From Adineta vaga (lineage: Eukaryota > Animalia > Rotifera), in contig CP075493.1 in the NCBI GenBank assembly GCA_021613535.1, forward strand, positions 7,254,001 through 7,318,000: a stretch of DNA of 64,000 nucleotides, in the 5' to 3' direction. The notes below the pieces were generated by a model. That model was given only the letters and a program-made list of their open reading frames with translations. It did not search any database and had not been told where the DNA came from. Made by a program: the position numbers and the translations under genes. This document shows, piece by piece, positions 12,833 through 23,962 of the stretch. The number at the start of each line of letters is the position of its first letter. Position 1 is the first letter of the stretch.

Positions 12833-15647
12833 ATGCCAAGCAAAACACATCATAATTCGATGCAATCGTCTTCTCATTCCAAAGATCATCGACATCATCA
12901 TCGTTCAACTCGATCAGCAACATTACTTAGTCATAATGGTAGCAGTCAATTTTCCAATGATAATAATTATCATCGAAGATCTATTTCACCACCATCACCA
13001 ATTTCAATGCATTATTCCGCATATTTTATCAGTCGAGTCGATTTAGATGATTATACCGAACATACATTGAAACAAACCGTTGATAATGTCGTATCCGTAA
13101 ATAAAATCAGAGGTTTGTTTGAAAATAAATAATTACCTTTAAATTTATTATTTGTATTTTTAGGATTGAAGGTAAAACTAATCTTTCCAGACGAAGGTCT
13201 TATTGTTGATAATATAATTGATCCAAATCAATCATGGATGTATAAAGCATCCGAATTATTATATTTTTGGCGTGATCCATACTACATGAATATTGTTGTA
13301 GCTGTCACATCGAATCGTTTACGACCAACAGCAAATGGACCTTATTCAGCATCAATATTTCGTTTACGTGGTGATGGTCTATTGCAGATATTTTTTCAGC
13401 GTGCACAACAATTTTTCGGTCAATATGTTCCACCACCAGTTCAATCAACGAATAGTTCGAAAGTTTTGATTGAAAAATCGACAACTGTTGATAATTTACC
13501 ACCGGATAATCAAAAAAAGAAATCTAAACATCATTCAATGACTAATAAACAATCTACAACAACAAAATCTGCACGGTCACTTCAAACAACTCCCGTTCGT
13601 CAAGGTGCACGAACAGAATTTGATCCTGCTCGAACAAAATCCAAACAAAGAAATTCCATATTTAATTTGTACAATAATCGAACTAATAGTGAATCAACTC
13701 TATTAAATGATTCACGTTCGAAAAGTTCGAGACGACGAAGTAATAATTATGATGCGGATGATAAAGTAACTTCGATTAGTGTTCATCTCTCAGGTGAACA
13801 TGTTGCTGAACTTATGCGTGAATTAAAAGAATTACGTAATGAAATTGCTTCATTAAAATTAGAAGCAAGATTTACACCTGTACGTTCGACGAGCACAAGT
13901 CCAATGACTTTATGTCCTGAAAATGCATTAAATAACAATAGTTTATCGACATCGTTACCAGCTTTAGTATCCCAAACAGGTAATGATGGAGAGAAAGCAA
14001 CTGCGTCTAATTCAAGTAATAATCGACAACAACTAAATGACGTTTCTATAGTAACGAAACGAAAAACTGAACAATCAAATACCCTCGTTAATAAACGACC
14101 ATCTTCAACCAGTTCAAATAATAATGAATCGGATAAAGAAGGTACATTGATTAATCTATATATTGACTTTTTCGACAGGTCATTTGAATTAGTAAATAAA
14201 AAGAACAGTTAATTCGATTAGTATATGGCATTTGAGATTATTGACAGAGAAAAATTTTTGAGTTAATATGCCGTGCCACTATTGACAGAGATAACATTTG
14301 ACTATTTTCATAGATGGATTGAATTTCTATACGCAAGATGAGAATGACTTGATAGATATTCATTGACAACAGTACAAGGTTCGTCTTCACTTTGTGAATG
14401 ATTTGACCTATAATCTTCTTATTCTTGAATTTAGATTTCATGGAATAATCTGGAATTGACTTGATTTATTCTCATTGACATTCTTTTTTTTATTGTATTT
14501 ATTGAGAATATAAATCAGAAGACTAATCCCATGCTTATACTGAAACTAAAGCTGTCCAAACTCGAGAAATGAAAAAAAAGAAAAAAATTGATTTCTTTCA
14601 TCTATTTTTCCTTTTCTTTTATAGAACCGGTCTTGGTCAATTTCGCTGACGCAAGTACTTCAATCGATGCAATAAATTCTGCAAATCGAGATGATAAAAC
14701 ATCAGCAACATTTCCATTAAGACCACGTCCTATTAAATCATATCCACATAGTTTCTCAAATTTAACTAATGCAACATATAATCTACTACCAACTAATACT
14801 CCATCAAAGTTAGCTTTAACTGATGATGAATCATCATCAGTTACTATACCTATTACAAGTAAGACGCAATTATCAAAGACTTTTTTCTTTTAAATATATG
14901 ATTTGTCTTTGTTTTATAGGATCGTCACTATCAGTCAAACCGGGAGATGTTGTAAGTTTTCGTTCTGCAGTAGAAAATACGAATACTCCTCCGGATCATA
15001 CTTATGAAAATATACCAATTTCATCTCAAAATGAACCAACAAAACTTGTTCCCGATGTATCATCTTCGCCAAATGAAAATGATCTTCAATCACATAAATC
15101 TGATATCTATGTTAATGCAACTGTTGAACGTGATCTTGATAGTCAACAAACATCGGATGCACAACGAGGCTCAACATTAATTAATACACATGAACCAACA
15201 TTACTTAGTTATTCACCTTCATCTTTAATCAAAGATACTTTACCATCTCAAACATTAGAACCACAAATAATTGGTTCACCACGACCTCAACCAGCTATAT
15301 TTGCTAATCGTTTAACAAATCCTGCATTTTCTGTTGATAGACAATTACTAGCGAATACAATTGCTAATCAATTTGATCTTCATCTGAATTCACCATATCT
15401 ACAAAAACTTATTGAAAATCAACATCTGTTCGTTTCACAAAAACGTACATATGCCAATATGATCTGGCAGATGACTCCCGACGAAGAAACAGCTATATGT
15501 ACATCACCAGCTAAAACGATTCCAAATGTAGTCGATTCTACTCGATTAGATTCAACCAATTCAACAGCAAAATCGATATTAAAGCAACATAAACATCGGA
15601 CAGTACAAAAAAAACAACGTATTACATGGGATAGTAAATTAGAGTAG
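12833..15647 (+). CDS. Uncharacterised adaptor-like protein (PTB-like N-terminal domain, short coiled coil, C-terminal SILK/RVxF motifs)
   Basis: Four exons 12833-13112, 13164-14141, 14625-14858, 14920-15647 join in frame; globular segment YSAYFISRVDL...SASIFRL followed by long S/T-rich disorder; ends KSILK...KQRITWDSKLE. Confidence 0.8.
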
Positions 15648-16152
15648 TAGTGATAATGATCTGCATGCATGCCCATGTGATTGTGTGTATGTGTTTGTGT
15701 TAATTGATGCAACATATTTTTATAAAAGTTTTTCGAATAATTCTTATCTCAATATATAATATTACTTTTGTCATGCGTCATAAGTATTCTGACTTTTCAT
15801 AATGAATTGTTCAATTTTCCATTCTCTTTTATTGAAAGAATTTCTTTGAAAGAGAAATCAATATATGTCAGATAAGTCTTATTAGGATGAATATTTGCAT
15901 TGATTTCGTTCTCGAAAAAGAGAAAGATATCATTGACGTAATGAAGAATACTTTTTATTTTATCATTAAATTATGTTTTTTGATCATTCGACGCTTATTA
16001 GTGATTGTCGGTCGACCAAAAAAATAATTGCGCGAAAATTTCATTACCGAAATTAAGTGATAGTAAAAAGTAACAAGTCAAATGTTTTCTGTGTTTGTGT
16101 TTAACTATGACCGATGCGTTTTGTCAGCTATAGTCAAGAATATCTTTTTCAG

Positions 16153-16770
16153 AATAACATCTTCTTTACTTGACGATCTAAGTGTAGATATACAATAGAA
16201 AACTATGATTCATTCGTTTGTCATGTACTTCTATCAATGGGTTGTAGTACTAGTATTCGTATCTATCCAGCATTAGCTGATCAAGGACTTGGTTGGGATA
16301 ATTAGTCTGGAAACTATAATCATTCTGATCGAGCATTATATGTTGATGTATAAAGAATTGATTATTTTATTCATCAAGTTGTACATGATCAATTTCGTAT
16401 ATTTATGTCTGGTTGAAGTAATTGTACAGCGATGGCAATTCAATATGCATTAAATATATCTGGTATTGTAGCAACAGTTATTTATTTTCTTCCAAATCCT
16501 TATTGAGATTATTTTGATCCATATGTTCAAGAACCTCATCCTACGCAATTTATATAATCAATGTGATGTCATCAACATTTGTATAGCTAGTAAAGCATAC
16601 ATTGAAGATTTAAAACATCGTTACATGAATATAGCTACTGAACTTATTATTGTTGATTCTTTATTTCAAAACGTTGCAACATGTAATTTTCAATACATTG
16701 AAACATTGAGTTATGGTATAATTCAACTTATTCAATGATCGATAAGTATTAATGATGAAATTTGTTTTTC
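16153..16770 (+). pseudogene. Decayed alpha/beta-hydrolase (PHB-depolymerase/esterase-like)
   Basis: Frame from 16201 reads ...GLGWDN*...DV*RIDYFIHQV...RIFMSG*SNCTAMAIQYALN...PNPY*DYFDP; stops at 16303, 16351, 16414, 16504; frameshift near 16545 into LYNQCDVINIC...GIIQLIQ*. RIFMSGxSN is a degraded GxSxG nucleophile elbow. Confidence 0.7.
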
Positions 16771-16918
16771 AAAAACATTCATTAAGTTAATTTTATAATG
16801 GAAAAATCGATATGAAAATGTTATAAAAAAAAAGTAATGAAACAATATGATCCTTGTTAGTATTGATAATACAATATTTGGTTATAATTCGTTGAGAAAA
16901 ATCAATAATTTTTCTTAG

Positions 16919-17449
16919 TTAAATTCGTACAGTAAATTCTCCATTAATACGCATAATACGCATTGGATTTGTTATTGATTGTGGTTTTTCCACGATTGAA
17001 TTCTTTTTCGTATGTGATTTCTCATTTAATTTTGATTCAATAGATGAACGATTTACACGATATGTTGGTAAAGCATGTTGTCGAGTTGGTGGAAGTGGTG
17101 GTAAAAGTGATAACGATCGTTCAACTTTCGTTTTTTCTATATCATAATCTTGATGATCTGTTGTTGTTGTTGTTGTTGTTGATGATGATGCAAATGGTTT
17201 AGGTGCATTTAAAACGCATGGCACTGTTAAATGAATATTTTCAATTGATGTTTGATATCGTTTACTATGATGTGACATTGTTCGTGTTAATGTCCATGTT
17301 TGTTTTTGTTCAAATGAACTTGAATATGGATATTTCGATTTATCCTCATTAACAATTGAATAGTAAGTACAATGTTGTTGTCCATGTAATTGTTCATCAC
17401 CATTTTGTAATGATTGTTCCACATACCACTCGACTTGTTCTCGTGGCAT
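16919..17449 (-). CDS. Hypothetical protein, 176 aa, single coding exon
   Basis: ATG-to-stop ORF of 531 nt in very AT-rich DNA with codon usage like neighbouring genes; no recognisable domain. Confidence 0.65.
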   Translation of the reverse strand: MPREQVEWYVEQSLQNGDEQLHGQQHCTYYSIVNEDKSKYPYSSSFEQKQTWTLTRTMSHHSKRYQTSIENIHLTVPCVLNAPKPFASSSTTTTTTTDHQDYDIEKTKVERSLSLLPPLPPTRQHALPTYRVNRSSIESKLNEKSHTKKNSIVEKPQSITNPMRIMRINGEFTVRI

Positions 17450-20400
17450 CTTAACTATTCATCAACGTTGATTCTCGTTTACTAATCTTTCGATGTATGT
17501 ATTTATTCACGTAATGAAGACTACGAAAAAGAAATATGAGTGTTTAAAGAGACTTCTTCTTATACTTCTTCTCTGCTTATAACCTTACGGGTAAATTCTC
17601 TCTCTCTTTCTCGCTCTCTTTTTCTTTTACTTTGACTCTCATCCATTGCACGTATGTAACATCATCAATGAAAAAGAAAAACGATATTCAATAGAAATTA
17701 TTCAGTATATAATATTCAAAAGAAACAGAATCGACTGGACACCTATATTAGTGAAGTGAACCCTTTAGCTAATCATATTCTTTGTCTTTACTTTAAAGAA
17801 AACATTGCACCAAACTTTGATGATGAAATGTAAAACAATGTCGAGTTAATTATCCTACAAACCAACAGAATCGACTTATTGAAGAGAAAAGAAAATCACT
17901 TGATAAGCATATTCATTGAGATCAAAAGTATAGAAACGATTATTCACGATGTAAGAAATAAAATATCCCAATGTCTAAGATTTTAACTATACATCGAAAA
18001 TTTCTTCATTTTTATAAAACAGAAAAGATGCTTGATCAGAATAGGATTAGTTTCAATAAAAAAGGATCAATTTATTTGATGTATAGAAGAATATGATACT
18101 TCATTTTGTGATAGAACTGACAAATTGTTATTGATTGTTTTAAGTATTTTATTTTCACTAAAGTTTCAATAACGTAAAATAGATTCGCAAATATACATGA
18201 TCGATTTGAAATCTAGGAAAAATGAATTCACATCACCAGACTCTCTTTTATCTTGCCTTGGAATTAATGAGAATGAAAAAGGATTATGAAACTTCGATGA
18301 ATAATTATTTTCCAATAATTGATTTATTTATATGATAAAAATGAAACAATGAATCCAAAGAAACTGTCAGTCAACATAACTAGACTTTACGAATCTGTTC
18401 TAGCACTGTTTTCTTCAGATATTTGTATACTTCAAACAAAATATATAATCAAATCCCGTCTCATATTTAACGATATCGATCGATTTTGCTTTGGACGTTC
18501 AATCTCTTCTATCTTAATGAATTTGTTTGCTTTGAAATGATGTATATTTGATCTGTTTATAACACACTAAAGTAACTGACCGTTTAAGATCTGTATCACT
18601 AATGCAATACAATGCACCTAATTGTTTTGATAATCTATTTTACAGATCTAATCAATGACGAGTATAAATCTTGTCGAAACGTTTCCATCTACTTTCGATC
18701 GTTCATAACGTATAATCAATAAATAACTGACGTTTCTGTGCTTTGTCTTTTTGTATAGAACAATTTATTTGTGATAGTTCATTGTCCGTATTGTCCTTTG
18801 TGATTGAATTTTAAACGAAATGAATTGTTTCAACTCACTGTGCTGTGTCATACTATACGTCATGCATCTTTTTTGGTATAAATTCTGTTTGAGAATTTTT
18901 ATTGGTTTTCTCAATCACCAATCTATATTTTTGAAACGAATTTCGTTTTACTTCTCATACTCAAATTAAATAACAAATTGATTTATTGACGAAAAAGAAA
19001 CGTATTCTTAATTGTAAAATCACATTTCGAATGAAATATACATGGAGGTCGTTCGAAATACAAGAAGAACACAAGCATGCCACGATTGTCTTAACAACCC
19101 TTTCTTTCTACTCATTCTACTCAATAGTCAACGAGAAACAGGGCGAATATGTTTGCTTTTCCTCGTTCTTTCTCTTTTTTATTGACTAGATTGTGTGTTG
19201 TTGCTGTGCCTGCTTTTTTCGTCGACGACGAGATGAGAGCAAGATTATATGATTCATTTCTTTCCTTCTTCTTTTTTTCTCTTTCTTCTCTGTTCTAACA
19301 ATTCGTCGTCGTCTGCTACCATCATCATCACCACCATCAACTACAAGATGATCAAATCAACGCAGTCTACACGAATAGCATCGTTTTTTCCTTTTTTTCC
19401 TCTCTATCCGACGACCGTGCTCGTACGGTGCGATTCTCCTATATACATACATGTATATATATATATGATGTATATATATATTTGTGTTTTCTTGCTTTTC
19501 ACATGAAATGACCGACCACAACGTTCATCTCTATGTTCAAGGGCATGTATATGTCTTTCAACACGTGTTATTGTCTGTTGACATTTGTAAGAAAAACAAA
19601 AGTAAGTTGTTGTTTCTAGAGATTTTCAATGTTAAATTTCTATTTATTTATAGAATCTCATATGGACAACAGCTGATACCAAGGATATTATCGGTAGGCG
19701 ATGATCGCCACAAGAGAATTTATCTATGCTATCTTATGTCTCAATGATTTGCGATTAATTCGCTCTCATATGATTCATATATAGTCATGAGATAGAATCT
19801 CGGCTATGGATAATTTGAAATAGATGATTTCAATGAGTTGTGCAGTTCTTTAATAAAATAAAAATTCAAATCTAGAGATTGATCGTAATTACTTCGTTCA
19901 ATTTCTTTATAATTTCTAGAAAAAGATAGCTAGTAATTAAATGACGACTTTCGTATTTATAATAGTAGAATGGAATAGTTACTCATTTGAGTAATAACAT
20001 TTCAAGGACAAATTGTTTCACATGATAAGAATTTGACGAGACTATCATGACCTGTAATTTTATATCAACTACTACGGTTGCATAAATTTACAGTGTGTAT
20101 GCTCATCTTGCCAATATCTTTCATGTAGAATAGTTACAAGAGTATTTTGTTATGGTTATGATTATGGAAAGAATGAAACTATCCGATATTTTGGTTGGTT
20201 GAAAAATGAATGATTATGGATAACATATAGAAATTGGAAAGTGTCCGTTGATTGGTTAACGGAATGTTTTAGTTTATGACATATAAAGCACTTACCAATA
20301 TTTCTTAGAATCTATGAGCTCAAAGAAATGTTGGTATCTGGAATGCGATCAGATCTATTTGTCAGATTGTGTCTTAGAGAAACGAGAGAGAGATTGAACA

Positions 20401-21462
20401 ATTCAATTTGTAATTGATCTTTTACAACTAACTATTTGATCATTTATATCGTAGAGATTTACTGGTTATAGAAGAGTTTACCAATCATCTAGATAAATCT
20501 CAAGCTTTCAAAGCGAGAATTTTGGTCATTCAGCTCATGTATTTCATTGTTCGTTTCCCTACGAATTAAAGTAAAATATTATATATGAATCTCTTTTTTT
20601 CATGATCGTTATTGTTCAAAAAATATCGAGTATTTCAGGCTTTCGACAATTGTTTTTTTATGAAAGTCTTTGTTGATCTTCACGTACAAAGTTATCTAAC
20701 ATAAACTTACCAATCACCACTCTAATTAACCTGTTACTTCAATGTGGTAATCTATTAATCATTCACTGATACGTAAATCACACATTCCTATCAACATGCA
20801 ATCAAAATACCAAATTATTTGATGTTATGTTTATGTTGTTTTTAACACTCTTTTATCAATGATTGTTACATTTACGTAATCAAATTGTTCTAATTTATTA
20901 CAATAGTATTCAATTGAAAACTATATTTTGTTGATAAACTTCGAGTATTCTCTGCTTACTATTTCCTCAATTGTCACTGGATTTCTTTAACATATGTGAC
21001 GACTGAAGTCGTAGTACATAGAAGAGACTCACAGATCTTCCTGAACATCGAATTTAAACCTGAAAAGAAAAGCAAATTTTAAAAGAAGCTCTCTAATGTT
21101 ACTATTGTGTTATACTGTAGTGGAATTAATGGATGTCTACAGGATCTCGCAGTAGTATCATAAGTGATGCTTTTAAACGACTTCTAATCTTCAATTGAAT
21201 TCTGATATGTTTACTATTGCTTCAATCGCCAACGGAAATATATTTTCATTTTGGCGCTTGTTACATTAGTAAAAAGATTCAGATATCTATTCGTCGAATT
21301 GAATAAACGAACCATTTCAGAAATGTGATCGAAAAGCAACCTTTTTGTCATTTTGTACTTAACTGAAAAAATTCTATTTTGAAAAAGCAAAAAGCAAGAA
21401 GAAAGATTTTCAATTTCAGATGAAATATATAAAAAAAAACCTGATAGAATATAAAGTCATTT

Positions 21463-22236
21463 TTATAAAAGTAAATTTAATTTTGATTTTTCACTTGTTA
21501 TATCCATGGTTTTCTTCACATTAGGGTTTATTAAGTAATTTCCATCTTGATTTAAACAAGGTAATGGATCTACATGTCGAAGCAATTCATATATAATCAA
21601 TTGAATTGCTTCAGATAAATTTTCTACAGTTAAATCCTCATTGGAATCAGGTATATGAACGAAAACTGTTCGTTTTGGATCAATAAATAACGATTGATAA
21701 TAGATATATTCACAAAGAAATCTTCCAGCATCATCTGATACTATCACAGGGACGTTTGTTCGACGTTGTACTCGTTCACATATGTCATCAATTGGTAGAA
21801 GAGTTTTTAATGTTTTCGGTGCATTAGTTTTAATACATCGACCTGAATCAGGTATAGTACCATTATTATCTGGATAACAATAATTATTATTACAAGCGTA
21901 TCGTTCAATTTGAATTTCTTTCGTTCCAACTGCTACACCAATATGAATAACTAACTAACATAAAACATGTGATGATTTAGAAAATTTTCATTAACACAAA
22001 AACAAGAGAAATCTTACTGTAGGATTATATTTCAACCAACAATCAGGTATTCTATTTGATACATCATCATATGTAACATGCATTTGTTCAATGATAATAT
22101 GAACTGGACATGTCCATTCGAGATATGTTTTTAATGCTTTCGCAACTTCCCAACTTGGATTTACAAGTACAGAATGAAAAGGACCAAAGCCTGTGATAAG
22201 AACAACTGGAATATTGGACGATGCCGATGAATTCAT
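21463..22236 (-). CDS. PGPEP1: Pyroglutamyl-peptidase I (peptidase C15)
   Basis: Exons 22236-22018 and 21954-21463; VLITGFGPF...NPSW, VIHIGV, IERYA (Glu), SDDAGRFLCEYIYY (Cys), FVHIP (His). Confidence 0.93.
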
Positions 22237-23962
22237 AGAAAATACTCTCTGAAAATAAATAGATGAATGAAACAATCGTTACGATTTGAATCGAGTTTTT
22301 ATTTTGAATAATGATTTACAATCATCATATTCAAATGTTTCATACGATCATTTATCAACTATAGCTGTATGAATCATTCAATGTCATATCGATCGTCTAT
22401 CATCGTTTTTTCCTTCTTTGAAGAAACTAAAAGTCAGCTGATAAGGTATATAAAAATACTACTTGTCTTGCACGTTATTACAGTTATCGACAACAATAAT
22501 CAATATATATATATCGTATTAATCAACAGGAGAATGGTCTTTACAAGAAACCAATTGCTTATATATTTCTCTGATGCAAAACGATGATGTCGCACTTGTT
22601 CAGTCTACCTTTCAATGAATATAAAAGAAACGATTATACAGAAATATAATACATGTATGTTAATAGATCTACATACGTAGGTCTTTGAATCAATATTAGC
22701 AAATTTTCAATAGTAGTATCTATAAATTGATTCATATCATATCGCGGTAGTTCTTTTCCTAGTCGATTTGATCACGTAGAGTGTTACTAAATATATAGAC
22801 TTATTTTACCACACGTTCTAATATTGAATTAGATTCTTTTTATATGATTGATAATATAACTGAAAATAAGTCTCAATAACAAGATTGAATTACTATCATC
22901 GAGATATATTTTTATACCTCGTCGGGTTATGATATAATATATATGATGAAAGATTCAGATTACTAATTTAGTTTGTAAATCAATCTGATTTATCAAGTGT
23001 TAATTAAATAGTAAAGGTTAGTATATAGAAATTGAATCTATTGGAAACATTCTTTTACATAAGTAAGATCATTGTTTTTTGTTTCATATGTTAAAGAAAG
23101 TACGCGTGCGCGTGTGTGTGTGGGTATGAGATAAACCAGATATATGAAGAAGTCAGTTAAATGCTGTCAATAGTTAACATATGTAAACGAATAATTCGTC
23201 ACAGTTTATTTCATCGTTTTATTAACATGAAATTTCCTACCAATTTTTCGAATGCTTTATATGCGACAATATTCAATAGATATAGAACATATTTTGATGC
23301 GTATTTTTTTCCTCGTCAATCTTTAAAGAAATTAAATGCTGCTTATGGAACACGCGAAGTGGAAAACAGAGAATAAAAGGTAACAACCATAAATCCAATG
23401 AAATCTTTAATATCATCAAATTTCTCTACTTATCATATGACAGGAAGAACAAGTCTTTGTCGATGAATAATTTCCGCAGCAATAATCGACATGTTAATGA
23501 AGGAAAAAGTATTAGTTGATAGTTTTATATTTTCAATGCTTCAAGACACCGACATTTTTCTTCCCTCTCTCTCGTAAGAAAAGATGTATCTCATTTCATT
23601 TTTTTCTCTCTCTTCTTTTACGCTGATAGAACATTTGATGAAACGAATGAACGTTAATAACGACAACAACAATAACGACACGAAGAACATAATGTCAAGA
23701 GAAATGAGAGAAAGAAAGTGCTCGCTAGAAACTTTCGGCTCTGCTCGACTCCCTTCTGTCAATCAGCATTTACATTTATTGTTTTCTTTTCCAGAACATC
23801 ATCATCACTCAGTTTTTTTTCTCTCTCTCTGTCTGTTTCTCTGTCTATCTTCTATTTATACTAGACGACACATTGACAAGAAAAAGAATTGAACTGTGAA
23901 ATAGTTTATATTGCTCAAACGATCAAAACAACACAAGAACACTTGTATTAACAATTATAACT

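Noticed and set aside
16303-16738. TGA at Trp positions in the esterase relic, suggesting TGA recoding or selenocysteine
   Set aside because: TAG and TAA stops, a frameshift and loss of conserved Gly/His residues also occur, and neighbouring genes use TGA as stop; ordinary pseudogenisation explains it.
17724-17876. 13-bp direct repeat AACAGAATCGACT spaced 140 bp (possible target-site duplication)
   Set aside because: No poly(A) tail, TIR or recognisable insert between the copies; only two units, so not CRISPR-like.
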